Shown piece after piece: positions 1 through 9,703 of a DNA stretch of 64,000 bases. Under the pieces are notes generated by a model. The model did not search any database. It was given only the letters and a program-made list of their open reading frames with translations, and was not told the origin of the DNA. The stretch is from the NCBI GenBank assembly GCA_017405875.1, contig JAFQZM010000038.1:21314-85313 (forward strand). The letters run 5' to 3'. The stretch is from a bacterium. Lineage in GTDB: Bacteria; UBP6; UBA1177. The translations under genes and the position numbers were made by a program. Every line of letters begins with the position of its first letter. The stretch's first letter is position 1.

Positions 1-321
1 ATAAAGGAAAAATACAACTTCGCGGTCTCTTTCGCCTGTATCGAGAAGATGGTTTCCCATCATAAAGCCGTTTGTCGATATTCTGAGCGAAATCGAAGGG
101 ATATCGGAAAGAATCTCATCCAGTTTCTTTTTAAAGTAATTCGCAAACCTCGAAAATGCAGGATTGCTGCGCGGATAAAGCCTGTAACCGCGGATGACTT
201 TGTTGAAAAGCCCGACAAGTTCTTTTGTTAATTTGACGATCTCCTGATCATCAAACAATCTGTCAGCATTATCCTTGAAAAAGTCAAAAATTTCTCTTTT
301 CTTATCGCTAGCCTTGACCAT
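1..321 (-). CDS. Hypothetical protein, N-terminal part only. The gene runs off the left edge of the window.
   Basis: Reverse-strand ATG at 319-321 is preceded by a GAGG RBS. The frame stays open to position 1 and begins MVKASDKKREIFDFFKDNADRLFDDQEIVKLTKELVGLFNKV. It is missing from the ORF track because there is no stop inside the window. Confidence 0.4.
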   Translation of the reverse strand, partial: MVKASDKKREIFDFFKDNADRLFDDQEIVKLTKELVGLFNKVIRGYRLYPRSNPAFSRFANYFKKKLDEILSDIPSISLRISTNGFMMGNHLLDTGERDREVVFFLY

Positions 322-451
322 TTTTCAAAACCTCAAAAATTTCCGCGCATTCTAGTAACTAATAAAGAAAATACAATTTTTTTCATATTGCCGCCGCTTT
401 CTTTTTGTGGTATAAACCAAAGTTTTTTGGTTGTTCAAGTTGGAGAAAACG

Positions 452-1462
452 ATGGCTGAAGGGATTTTGAGGCGTGACCCGCTCAATAAAATATGGGTGA
501 TTTTTGCTCCCGAAAAGGTGAAAACGGTGATTTCGGGAAGTTCGGAAAACGAGGCAGTATTTGATGTCGATCCTTTTGTTCCTGGCTTTGAATCGGCGAC
601 GGGTCCAGATATTATGCGGAGTTCAGATCCCGTTTATTCGGTAGGCGGCTGGTCTTCGCGCGTTTTTCCGGCTAAAAATCCGATACTCAGAGTTGAAAAC
701 GATAAAAACAGTCGCGGAATCGGGCTTTACGATTCAATGTCACGTCAGGGTGCGCACGAAGTCGTCGTCGAAACGCCGAAAAGCGGTGTCAGCATGGATC
801 AGCTTTCTGTCGAAGAAATCGCCGACGCCGTAAAAATCATATTCGACCGTATCGCAGACCTCAGAAAAGATACCCGTTTCCGCTATATTTCGGTGACTAA
901 AAGCAGGGGCGCTGCAGCCGGAGGAACGATCAACCACAACTATTCCGAAATCAAGGCTTATCCTTTTATTCCGCCGTTTGTCAGAAACAAACTCGACAAC
1001 TGTCTTGCATATTACCGCGAAAAGGAAAGATGCCTTCTCTGCGATATCATAGATCAGGAGCTTTCAGACAGAAAAAGGATAGTCTGCGAGCACGACAACT
1101 TCGTCGCATTCTGCCCTTATGCAAGCCGCTTTCCGTTTGAAATCATGGTTATTCCGAAGAAACACGGCAGGATTTTGAGTGACAATCCCGCTTCGTCGAT
1201 TGCTGATTTCGCAAAAATCCTTAAACCGGTGATGACAAAGTTGAGGTTCGGGCTCAATTCGCCGGCTTACAACATGGTTTTCCACTATCTTCCTGTAAAC
1301 AGCGGCGCGGACAGCGAGGCTGAAAGCAGGGCTTACCACTGGCATCTGGAGATAATTCCGCGCATAACGGTCATCAGCGCCGACAGTTTTGAAAACGGCA
1401 TTTTTGTAAATCCGACTCTGCCCGAAGATGCGGCTGAGTTCTTGAGAAACATAAGGGAGTAA
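452..1462 (+). CDS. galT: Galactose-1-phosphate uridylyltransferase (GalT, HIT-like family)
   Basis: Zn-binding CLLC..E.. segment, FCPYASRFPFEIMVIPKKH and HWHLEIIP His motifs. ATG at 452 follows a GGAG RBS. The track start at 431 is a TTG. Confidence 0.75.
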   Translation: MAEGILRRDPLNKIWVIFAPEKVKTVISGSSENEAVFDVDPFVPGFESATGPDIMRSSDPVYSVGGWSSRVFPAKNPILRVENDKNSRGIGLYDSMSRQGAHEVVVETPKSGVSMDQLSVEEIADAVKIIFDRIADLRKDTRFRYISVTKSRGAAAGGTINHNYSEIKAYPFIPPFVRNKLDNCLAYYREKERCLLCDIIDQELSDRKRIVCEHDNFVAFCPYASRFPFEIMVIPKKHGRILSDNPASSIADFAKILKPVMTKLRFGLNSPAYNMVFHYLPVNSGADSEAESRAYHWHLEIIPRITVISADSFENGIFVNPTLPEDAAEFLRNIRE

Positions 1463-1465
1463 AAC

Positions 1466-2326
1466 ATGAAGTATTCCGTTATTCCGGCTGCCGGGCTTGC
1501 GACCCGTTTCCTGCCGGCATCGAAGTGCATTCCGAAGGAGCTTTTTCCCGTTTTGGACAAACCTGTCATCCAGTATATCGTCGAAGAGTCGATCGAGGCT
1601 GGGGCGACGAACGTCGTTTTTGTTTCAGGAAACGGCAAAGAGGCGATCCTTGACCATTTCGACAAGATAAATCCCAAATTTTCGGTGGGAAAGCTGAAAG
1701 ATTCCGTCCGTGAAAAAGTCGAAACGCTTGATGACATGATCGAAGTCATTTCAGTCCGTCAGAAGTCTCCGCAAGGTTTGGGACACGCCGTTATGAAGGG
1801 AACTTTCGTCGTTCCTCGCGAGGAATCTTTTTCTGTCATGCTTCCGGATATGCTCATTTTTTCGGAAGGCGAACGCTCCGTTATGCAGGAAATGAGTTCC
1901 CTTCACGAAAAATACGGCTGCTCGGTTATCGCTCTTATGGAAGTTCCCGCAGAAACCCGCGGAATGTACGGTATTGCCGAAGGAAAAACGCTTGAAAACG
2001 GTGTCATCGATATTAAAAAACTTATCGAAAAACCGATTGCCGGCGAGACTGAATCGAATCTTGCGATTTTGGGAAGATACATTTTTACGCCGAGAATCGC
2101 AGAAATCTTGAGAACCGTAAAACCGGGGCGCGGAGGCGAGATCCAGCTTACCGACGCGATGCTGAGCCTTCTTGCCGAAGAGAGAATATTGGGTTACGTC
2201 ATTGATTCAAAAACTCACGTTTTCGATACCGGAAACATGGAAGGTTTTGCCCTTGCCAATGCTTATGCAGCGCTTTGCAGAGTGCCTGATTTCGACAAAA
2301 AAATCGCAGAATTGATCAAGAAATAA
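1466..2326 (+). CDS. galU: UTP--glucose-1-phosphate uridylyltransferase
   Basis: N-terminus VIPAAGLATRFLPASKCIPKELFPVLDKPVIQYIVEE is a classic GalU nucleotidyltransferase signature. An AGGGAG RBS lies 5 nt upstream. Confidence 0.85.
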   Translation: MKYSVIPAAGLATRFLPASKCIPKELFPVLDKPVIQYIVEESIEAGATNVVFVSGNGKEAILDHFDKINPKFSVGKLKDSVREKVETLDDMIEVISVRQKSPQGLGHAVMKGTFVVPREESFSVMLPDMLIFSEGERSVMQEMSSLHEKYGCSVIALMEVPAETRGMYGIAEGKTLENGVIDIKKLIEKPIAGETESNLAILGRYIFTPRIAEILRTVKPGRGGEIQLTDAMLSLLAEERILGYVIDSKTHVFDTGNMEGFALANAYAALCRVPDFDKKIAELIKK

Positions 2327-2436
2327 TTTGATTGCCGCCGCCTGATCTTGCCGAGATCCCGTGATCACGTAATCCCGGGATCCCGACGGCGCCGAATCGA
2401 GATTCCGATATCTCGAGATTCCGAGATCCCGATAAA
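2327..2436. repeat. GATC-rich palindromic intergenic repeat element (family copy A) between convergent galU and clpB
   Basis: The words CGAGATCCCG, GTGATCACG, CCCGGGATCCCG and CCGATATCTCGAG are each self-complementary or inverted pairs. It holds five GATC sites in about 110 bp. The same words recur at 6031, 7436 and 46341. Confidence 0.5.
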
Positions 2437-4572
2437 TTATTGTCGCGCCAGTTTGAATTTTCCGTTTTCGACTGTCATTACAGCCTTTGTCTTGGGCGGC
2501 AGGTTGCCTTTTAAGATCTCGGTCGCAAGCAGCGTTTCGATATTCTTTTCAAGGTAACGTCGTACCGGTCTTGCACCGTATTCGGTGTTGAAAGATTCGT
2601 CAATGACTTTCTGCATTGCCTTATCATCAAGTTCGAGATGAAGCTCTTTGTCCTCAAGGATCTTATTGATGTTCCTGAGAAGCAGAGCCGTTATCTCCTT
2701 CAGATTGTCGCCCGAAAGCGGATTGAAGACGATTATATCATCAATTCGGTTGATGAATTCAGGTTTGAAACGCCCTTTTATCGTCTGCATTATCGCTTCG
2801 TGCTCAGCTTCGGAGAGTTTTCCGTCCTTCGCTTCTATCAGGTCGCTTCCGAGGTTTGAAGTCATGATTATTATCGTGTTCTTAAACGACACAGTTCGAC
2901 CCTGGTTATCGGTAAGTCGGCCGTCTTCAAGTATCTGCAGCAGAATGTTGAAAACATCTTCATGCGCCTTTTCGATCTCATCCAAAAGAACGATGGAGTA
3001 GGGTTTTCTCCTGACCGCTTCGGTAAGCTGACCGCCTTCATCGTATCCGACATATCCTGGAGGCGCTCCGATGAGCCTTGAAACTGAGAATTTCTCCATG
3101 TATTCACTCATATCGATTCTTACCATGTTATCAGCCGTATCAAAGAGCTGCTCGGCCAGTTTTTTGGCAAGTTCGGTTTTACCGACACCTGTAGGGCCTA
3201 CGAAAATAAACGATCCGAGCGGCCTGTTCGGGTTGGTGAGACCTGCACGTGATCTCAGAATTGCCTGAGTGATGCTCTCTATCGCCTCGTTCTGACCGAT
3301 GATGTCTTCTTTCAGCCTGTTCGAAAGATTCAAAATCCTCTCTTTTTCAGTCTGCGTCATGCTTGAAACCGGAATTCCCGTCCACTTGCTGACGACTTCG
3401 GCGATCTGCTTTTCAGTCAAGACTTCGGTTACCATGACGTTTTCGTTTTTCGTAACTTCCTGAGCCTCTTTCAGTTTTGCCTCAAGTGATCTCAGTTTGC
3501 CGTACTGAAGTTCGCCGACTTTGTTGAAATCACCCTCGCTCTGTGCTCTTTCGATCATGGTTTTCACTTCATCGATCTCTTTTTTGAGCTTTTTGACTTC
3601 TTCTATTGAAGCCTTTTCCTTCTGCCAGATCTTATACTGCTTGTCGTAAGCCTCGGTCGTCTCTTTCAGTTTTTCTTCGATCGCTCTGATCTCTTCTTTG
3701 GTCGCGCCTGAATCTTTTCTGCGGAAACCTTCGAATTCGATCTGCAACTGGAGTTTTTTCCTTCTCAGATCGTCGAGTTCTGCCGGCATACTGTCGTTGT
3801 CGGTTCTCAGCATTGCGCACGCTTCATCGATCAGATCTATCGATTTATCGGGCTGAAAACGGTCGGAGATGTATCTGTTCGAAAGTTTTACAGCCGCGAC
3901 GATCGCACCTTCCGAAATGGTGATTCCGTGGTGGATCTCAAAACGCTCACGCAATCCACGCAGGATCGAGATAGTCTCATCTTCATCCGGCGGCTGGACG
4001 ATAAGGGGCTGGAACCTTCTTTCAAGCGCGGCATCCTTTTCGATGTACTTTCTGTACTCGTCGAGAGTCGTCGCGCCGATGCAGTGGAGTTCTCCTCGTG
4101 CAAGCATAGGTTTGAGCATGTTCGCCGCATCCATACTGCCGTCCGCTTTGCCCGCTCCGACGATGGTGTGCAGCTCATCGATGAAAAGAATGATCTTTCC
4201 TTCCGATTCCTTGACCGCTTTCAGAACCTCTTTGAGCCTTTCCTCGAATTCGCCCCGGTATTTTGCTCCTGAGATAAGCGCGCCCATATCGAGCTCGAAG
4301 ATTTCCTTGTTCTGAAGGCTTACCGGCACATCGCCGCGCACGATTCGGCGTGCCAGACCTTCAACGATCGCCGTCTTGCCGACACCGGGCTGACCGATGA
4401 TGACGGGGTTGTTTTTTGTTCTTCTCGAAAGAATTCTGATGATTCGCCGTATCTCGCCGTCTCGCCCGATCACAGGATCGAGTTTCCCCGCCTTTGCAAG
4501 ATCGACAATGTTTCTTCCATAGTTTTTCCACGAATCTTTGTTCGTTTCATTCTCGTTCACATTGTAATCCAT
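2437..4572 (-). CDS. clpB: ClpB-type AAA+ disaggregase lacking the N-terminal domain
   Basis: Two AAA modules ([18 protein letters not shown] and [20 protein letters not shown]) flank a long coiled-coil M-domain. ATG at 4570-4572 follows GGAGG. It aligns from about residue 135 of E. coli ClpB, and the divergent gene at 4739 leaves no room for an N-domain. Confidence 0.85.
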   Translation of the reverse strand: MDYNVNENETNKDSWKNYGRNIVDLAKAGKLDPVIGRDGEIRRIIRILSRRTKNNPVIIGQPGVGKTAIVEGLARRIVRGDVPVSLQNKEIFELDMGALISGAKYRGEFEERLKEVLKAVKESEGKIILFIDELHTIVGAGKADGSMDAANMLKPMLARGELHCIGATTLDEYRKYIEKDAALERRFQPLIVQPPDEDETISILRGLRERFEIHHGITISEGAIVAAVKLSNRYISDRFQPDKSIDLIDEACAMLRTDNDSMPAELDDLRRKKLQLQIEFEGFRRKDSGATKEEIRAIEEKLKETTEAYDKQYKIWQKEKASIEEVKKLKKEIDEVKTMIERAQSEGDFNKVGELQYGKLRSLEAKLKEAQEVTKNENVMVTEVLTEKQIAEVVSKWTGIPVSSMTQTEKERILNLSNRLKEDIIGQNEAIESITQAILRSRAGLTNPNRPLGSFIFVGPTGVGKTELAKKLAEQLFDTADNMVRIDMSEYMEKFSVSRLIGAPPGYVGYDEGGQLTEAVRRKPYSIVLLDEIEKAHEDVFNILLQILEDGRLTDNQGRTVSFKNTIIIMTSNLGSDLIEAKDGKLSEAEHEAIMQTIKGRFKPEFINRIDDIIVFNPLSGDNLKEITALLLRNINKILEDKELHLELDDKAMQKVIDESFNTEYGARPVRRYLEKNIETLLATEILKGNLPPKTKAVMTVENGKFKLARQ

Positions 4573-4621
4573 GATGACCTCCATAAAAAATCCGGACTCT
4601 GTTATAACCAACTTTTCGCGG

Positions 4622-4631
4622 TTTCAAGGGG
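4622..4631 (-). promoter_or_regulatory. Possible heat-shock (sigma-32-like) -35 element upstream of clpB
   Basis: The minus strand reads CCCCTTGAAA about 50 nt upstream of the clpB ATG, which matches the sigma-32 -35 core CCCTTGAA. There is no convincing CCCCAT -10. Confidence 0.2.
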
Positions 4632-4738
4632 TGGACTCAAAAGATTTTTTTTCGTTTCCGAAAATACTTGCTTTCCCTAAATTATAAGTCTACATTAGCC
4701 CGTTGTTTGTTTTATTAACCTATCATTTGGAGGAAACC

Positions 4739-5947
4739 ATGTATCCGAATCTTGACAATTACTTTTCAGACATGTCCAAAAGGGCAAAAAAATCTGCTAT
4801 CAGAGAGTTGCTCAAACTCACGAAGGAACCCGGAATCATTTCTTTTGCAGGCGGCCTTCCGGCTCCCGAAACTTTCCCGGTAGAGGAACTTCGCGAAGTT
4901 ACCGAAGAAGTTCTCAAGAACGAAGCTGCTTTCGCTCTTCAGTACGGCACGACCGAAGGTGACGACCTTCTGAGAGAACAGCTTGTAAAACGCTATCGCG
5001 AAATGGGTCTTGACATCACGAAGGAAAACCTTGTCATCACGACCGCAAGCCAGCAGTCACTTGACTTCCTCGGCAGAGTTTTCATCAACAAAGGCGACAA
5101 AGTCATCGTTGAGTTCCCGAGCTACTTGGGTGCACTCCAGGCTTTCAACGCTTTCGGCGCAAGCCCCATCGGCATTCCGTCGGATGAACACGGTATGGAT
5201 CCGAAACTTCTCGAAGCAAAACTTGCTGAACTTGCAGCTAAAGGCGAGCAGGTAAAATTCATGTACATCATCCCCGATTTCCAGAACCCGTCGGGTGTCA
5301 CGATGCCTGAATTCAGAAGAAAAGAGATCATCGAGATCGCTCACAAATATCATGTTCTCATCGTTGAGGACAGCCCCTACAGAGAACTTCGTTTCGAAGG
5401 CGAAGCTCAGCCCACGATCTATCAGCTCGACAAAGAGGGAACGACCATCACGCTCGGAACTTTCTCGAAGATTTTCGTTCCGGGATTCAGAATCGGCTGG
5501 GTAATCGCAGATCCGAAGATCATCGACAAGTTTGTCACAACGAAACAGTCGGTCGACCTCTGCACACCGCCTTTCGTTCAGAGAATTGCAGGCAGATACA
5601 TGGAAAAAGGCCTCTTCTCGACAAAACTCGGCGACATCATCAGACTTTACAAACACAAAAAAGACCTCATGATGGACTGCTTCGAAAAATATCTTCCGGA
5701 AGGCGTAAAATGGACGAATCCGGAAGGCGGTCTCTTCCTTTTCGTTTACCTTCCCGAGCACATGGATGCTGAGAAACTTTTCAAGATCGCGATCGCAAAC
5801 AAAGTCGCATTCGTTCTCGGAACGGTCTTCTACTGCGACGGTAGCGGAAAGAACACGCTCAGGATCAACTTCTCCTACTGCTCGGACGAACAGATCGTCG
5901 AAGGTGTAAAGAGACTCGGTCAGGCTATCAGAGAATACAAAGACTAA
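4739..5947 (+). CDS. PLP-dependent aminotransferase, class I/II (aromatic or 2-aminoadipate aminotransferase-like)
   Basis: Fold-type I aminotransferase architecture with an SKIFVPGFRIGW lysine region. ATG at 4739 follows GGAGG. It is divergent from clpB. Confidence 0.7.
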   Translation: MYPNLDNYFSDMSKRAKKSAIRELLKLTKEPGIISFAGGLPAPETFPVEELREVTEEVLKNEAAFALQYGTTEGDDLLREQLVKRYREMGLDITKENLVITTASQQSLDFLGRVFINKGDKVIVEFPSYLGALQAFNAFGASPIGIPSDEHGMDPKLLEAKLAELAAKGEQVKFMYIIPDFQNPSGVTMPEFRRKEIIEIAHKYHVLIVEDSPYRELRFEGEAQPTIYQLDKEGTTITLGTFSKIFVPGFRIGWVIADPKIIDKFVTTKQSVDLCTPPFVQRIAGRYMEKGLFSTKLGDIIRLYKHKKDLMMDCFEKYLPEGVKWTNPEGGLFLFVYLPEHMDAEKLFKIAIANKVAFVLGTVFYCDGSGKNTLRINFSYCSDEQIVEGVKRLGQAIREYKD

Positions 5948-5971
5948 TTAAATCAGCCAGTTATTCTTTTT

Positions 5972-6002
5972 AAGGGCTTCATCACGAAGCCCTTTTTTTT
6001 GC
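5972..6002 (+). terminator. Rho-independent terminator after the aminotransferase
   Basis: AAGGGCTTC-atcac-GAAGCCCTT hairpin followed by T8. Confidence 0.65.
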
Positions 6003-6030
6003 TTTTTTTCTTGATTTTGTTATTACTGAA

Positions 6031-6065
6031 TCACGAGATCACGGGATTACGAGATCCCGATATTA
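6031..6065. repeat. GATC-rich palindromic repeat element (family copy B)
   Basis: TCACGAGATCACGGGATTACGAGATCCCGATATT shares CGAGATC, GATCACG, GGGAT and CCGATAT words with copies A, C and D. Confidence 0.45.
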
Positions 6066-6087
6066 TGGTTTTTTTAGGAATAAGGTC

Positions 6088-7434
6088 ATGAAAAAAACTT
6101 TTGTGTTTCTCTTTTTTGCCGCTTTTTTCCTTTTGATCTCGTGCGAAAACCACATAGAGTCAGACTGCTCGCAGGCAAGTGTCAACAGGCAGGCTTTTGC
6201 TTATCTCAAGGACTGGTATCTCTGGTACGAGCACCTTCCGGCGATAAATCCGGCCGATTTTGAGTCGCTCGACAAGATGATTGCGGCGGTGAAATACCGC
6301 GAAGGCGACACTTTGATTGACAGATTTTCCTATGCCGTTAAAAAGACCGAGCATGACGATTACTATGCCGGAAAGCGCTACGGAATGGGAATGTCGATGC
6401 AGCGCGACGAGAACGATGACATTTTTATTACGCTGGTTTATCCCGAAAGTCCTGCGGGCATTGCCGGGCTCAGGCGCGGTCAGCAGCTTCTTGCCATGAA
6501 CGGATTTACTGTTGAAGAGCTCGACGAAAATGCTGCTTACAACAAGGAACACCGTAATGATGAGGATTTTGAAGAAAAAACAGACTGGAACAACGTTTAT
6601 GATGCTGAAAATAAGGGCGAAGCGGTTGTCTTCAAGGTTCTTGAACATGGCGATGAACTTACAACAACGGTATATCTGGACGATTACATCGGAAAATCGG
6701 TGCTTGCGGACAAAATTCTGGATTATGACGGCGTGAAGACGGGATATATTCACTTCAAGGCTTTCATAAATTCTTCGGAAGAGGAGTTGAACGAGGTTTT
6801 CGCCCGCTTCAAAGAGGAAAATGTAGAGCAGCTTGTCCTTGATCTGCGCTACAACGGCGGCGGACTAGTGAGAATCGCGCATCAGCTCGTAAACCTTATC
6901 ATCGGCGACAAAGTGAAAGGTGACGAGATAATCAAACTCATCTACAACAACAAGCATTCCGATCAGAACTATTCATATAAGGGCGATGTTCTGAAAAATT
7001 CACTTTCAAACGTCAAAAAAGTTGCGTTTATCGTCTCGTCGGGAACGGCAAGCGCTTCCGAAATGGTGATAAACTCCGTCGCTCCCTATGTCAAAGTCGC
7101 TCTTATAGGCTCTACGACTTACGGAAAACCTGTGGGGATGAATTCAAAGGATATCTGCGACCAGACGATCGTTCCCATCACTTTCAAATACGCAAATTCA
7201 CAGGATTACGGTGATTTCTTTCTGGGTATGGAACCGACATGTGCGGCAAATGACGATATCAGGCACGATTTCGGAGACGAAATGGAAGAGGAACTCGCAG
7301 CTTCTCTCTACTTGCTTTCCAACGGGAAATGCCTTGAAAACGCGGCTGTAAAGAACCTTGAAAAGAGAAAAACCATAGAAGAACTCATTCCGGTTGAGCT
7401 CAAGGGAATGGGGAGGATTGATTATTCTTTTTAA
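6088..7434 (+). CDS. S41 family C-terminal processing peptidase, lipoprotein
   Basis: Lipoprotein signal (LLISC). PDZ-like segment GIAGLRRGQQLLAMNG. S41 motifs LVLDLRYNGGG and SSGTASASE (Ser-Lys dyad region). Confidence 0.75.
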   Translation: MKKTFVFLFFAAFFLLISCENHIESDCSQASVNRQAFAYLKDWYLWYEHLPAINPADFESLDKMIAAVKYREGDTLIDRFSYAVKKTEHDDYYAGKRYGMGMSMQRDENDDIFITLVYPESPAGIAGLRRGQQLLAMNGFTVEELDENAAYNKEHRNDEDFEEKTDWNNVYDAENKGEAVVFKVLEHGDELTTTVYLDDYIGKSVLADKILDYDGVKTGYIHFKAFINSSEEELNEVFARFKEENVEQLVLDLRYNGGGLVRIAHQLVNLIIGDKVKGDEIIKLIYNNKHSDQNYSYKGDVLKNSLSNVKKVAFIVSSGTASASEMVINSVAPYVKVALIGSTTYGKPVGMNSKDICDQTIVPITFKYANSQDYGDFFLGMEPTCAANDDIRHDFGDEMEEELAASLYLLSNGKCLENAAVKNLEKRKTIEELIPVELKGMGRIDYSF

Positions 7435-7435
7435 T

Positions 7436-7480
7436 CGCGCCGTCGAGATCTCGTGATCCCGGCAAGATTCGGCGCGGCGG
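7436..7480. repeat. GATC-rich palindromic repeat element (family copy C) between convergent genes
   Basis: CGCGCCG-tCGAGATCTCGTGATCCCGGcaagattCGGCGCG. The terminal 7-bp arms are an inverted repeat, and the centre holds CGAGATCTCG and GTGATCCCGG. Confidence 0.45.
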
Positions 7481-7487
7481 TCTTAAA

Positions 7488-8999
7488 TCACTTCAAATCG
7501 GGATTTTTTTTCAAAACTTCAGGGTCAACTTCGTAGATGTTGAAGTACGGGGCTTTGTGTTTCAAGGTCATTCCTTCCGGCGGGTTGTTACGCAGTTTTC
7601 TCAGATCTTCTTTTGATATTTTGAAGCGCGATGCACTGGAATTGAATTTGTGCGTGATCAGGAAAACTCCCGGTTTGTTTATCTGTTTGAGTGAATTTAT
7701 GAATCTGTAGTTTTTGTTTTTGTAGCCTGAATAGTAGTCTATGCGGTAGTATATGTTCCTGTCGGCGAGATATATCGTGGTGTTAGGGTAGTTTGAAAGA
7801 AGTATCTTCATCGATTCTTTCTGGTTGTTTCTTGTTGTTTTGTAAAACTTGCTGTTATCCAGAGAAAAATAGATGTTACTGATAATAATGGTGAGAAAAA
7901 TTACCAAAGCAGTGATTCGGGCGGCGATTTTTTTTGTTTTGACCAAATCCAAAAGAAGGATAGCGCACATAGCGCAGACAGGAAGAACGAAAATTACGGT
8001 GTAGCGGTTGTTTCTGATAAGAGTGGTGTACGGCGAAAAACTGGTCGGTGCAAATGACATAAAGAGAAAGTAAGAAACGAACCAGATGAGAAACAAAACC
8101 TCTTTGCCGCATTTTTTCATGCACATTTTAACGATGCAGGCGAGAAGCGCTGCAGCGGTGAAGTATCCGCCGAATCCGAATGTCATCCATCGAGCGAAGT
8201 TTCCGGCTGTGAAAACGGTTCTTATGTAGAAAAAGAGGTCTTTCGGATCGACATCGGTCATTCTGTTCTGGTATTCGACCGCTTTTTTGCTGATTTCAAA
8301 AACATGTAAGAAATTGTTGTGGACTTTGAGGTAGACAAAGCCTTGAAATACCGGAGGAACAAGCGAGAAAAGTGCTGCGCAGAGAATCCAGAGAACTGTT
8401 CTTTTGTTGAACCCTTTTTTGTACCACACGTAAACCGAGACTAAAGGTGCTATGAAAAGCCCTGTCGTTCTGGCAAAGAAAATCCAGCCGATTGAAATTC
8501 CGCCGAGAATGAACCAGCCGGTTTTTTCGCTTTTTACTCCGCGCTGGAATGAATAAACTGTGAGAAGCGTGAAAAATTCGAGAGGTGCCGCTACTTGTAA
8601 AAAGTTCGTGAAGATGGCAACGATCGGGTATGTGATATAGAAAAGAGTCGTGATAAAAGCTGTAGTTTTGTCAGTTTCGGCTTCTATGATTTTGTACACC
8701 AGCCAGACGCTTGAAATGCCGTAAACCATTGTAGGAAGCAGAGATGTGAAGTCGCTTACTCCGAAGAGTTTGTAAAGAAGTGCTGCCGGAGCGAAAACGA
8801 CCCAGCGGACATCGAAAATGAATCCTGCGCTGAAGTTGCCGTGTGCGAATCTGTTGGCTAATGTGCTGTAAGGAAAGTCATCTCCCTGAGCAATTCCCAT
8901 GAAGTTGACCATTCTGAATATGAATGAGAAAATCATAAGCAGATATACCGGCTCTATCGGAAATTTTTCGAGTTTTTCACGGATTTTGTCTGAAAACAT
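7488..8999 (-). CDS. GT39/ArnT-PMT-like polytopic glycosyltransferase (GT-C fold)
   Basis: 503 aa with about 12-13 TM helices and an early periplasmic-loop acidic motif (GDD). AGGAGG RBS. Confidence 0.55.
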   Translation of the reverse strand: MFSDKIREKLEKFPIEPVYLLMIFSFIFRMVNFMGIAQGDDFPYSTLANRFAHGNFSAGFIFDVRWVVFAPAALLYKLFGVSDFTSLLPTMVYGISSVWLVYKIIEAETDKTTAFITTLFYITYPIVAIFTNFLQVAAPLEFFTLLTVYSFQRGVKSEKTGWFILGGISIGWIFFARTTGLFIAPLVSVYVWYKKGFNKRTVLWILCAALFSLVPPVFQGFVYLKVHNNFLHVFEISKKAVEYQNRMTDVDPKDLFFYIRTVFTAGNFARWMTFGFGGYFTAAALLACIVKMCMKKCGKEVLFLIWFVSYFLFMSFAPTSFSPYTTLIRNNRYTVIFVLPVCAMCAILLLDLVKTKKIAARITALVIFLTIIISNIYFSLDNSKFYKTTRNNQKESMKILLSNYPNTTIYLADRNIYYRIDYYSGYKNKNYRFINSLKQINKPGVFLITHKFNSSASRFKISKEDLRKLRNNPPEGMTLKHKAPYFNIYEVDPEVLKKNPDLK

Positions 9000-9010
9000 T
9001 CCGCCTCCTG

Positions 9011-9691
9011 TTAAGAGTTTTCAAAAAGAAATTTATCGGAAAAAAGGTCTTTGTCGAGACCTGAAAAGTTGTTGCTGAAGAAATTGAGTCCTTTTTCGAC
9101 TTGTTCAAGCTGCGACGCGCGGTGAAGGTCTGTGCCTAAATTGTCAATTATCCCTTTTTCGAGAAATCTGATCACCTGCTTTCTCTTGATGTGAAAAGAG
9201 GGTTTAGCCAGAGTTCTGACAGATGACTGAAAGAAAACTTTGTATTTTTTCTTTATTCCAAGCCAGAAATCGTCGTCTTTCAGATACCTTTCGATGTGGG
9301 CGAGAAGCGGAATGAAGCCGCCTGCGTTAAGTGAAAAAACGGAATTCTCTATTTCGCTTTTGCTGACAAGCGGGGAGTGGAATTCGACCATTATCACTTT
9401 GTAGCCCTCTTTTGTACGCGAAAATTCGCGGTGGTCGGCAAGCGACTTTATGCGCGGAATGTTGCACATGTATTCGAAGCTGAAACGCCTGACCATAGTT
9501 TTGTTTAGGGCGGAGATGCGGCCCATGACTATATTCGGATCTGGGTTGTAAAGAGCATGGAATTTGTGCGGAGTAGGTATTATCTCGATATAGCCGAAAG
9601 AAGACATTTCTTTAATTATTTCAAGTGTTTCAGAAACTTCTTCGGGGCCGTCGTCCAGCCCCGGAAGAAGATGAGAATGAAGATCGATCAT
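9011..9691 (-). CDS. PHP-family metal-dependent protein-tyrosine phosphatase (CpsB/YwqE-like)
   Basis: N-terminus MIDLHSHLLPGLDDGP matches the CpsB/YwqE signature. Confidence 0.6.
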   Translation of the reverse strand: MIDLHSHLLPGLDDGPEEVSETLEIIKEMSSFGYIEIIPTPHKFHALYNPDPNIVMGRISALNKTMVRRFSFEYMCNIPRIKSLADHREFSRTKEGYKVIMVEFHSPLVSKSEIENSVFSLNAGGFIPLLAHIERYLKDDDFWLGIKKKYKVFFQSSVRTLAKPSFHIKRKQVIRFLEKGIIDNLGTDLHRASQLEQVEKGLNFFSNNFSGLDKDLFSDKFLFENS

Positions 9692-9703
9692 TGACTTGAA
9701 GAA

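Noticed and set aside
2348-2557. 69-aa plus-strand ORF (MPRSRDHVIPGSRRRRIEIPISRDSEIPI...)
   Set aside because: It is a translation of the GATC-rich palindromic repeat and then runs antisense into clpB. The repetitive peptide is an artefact.
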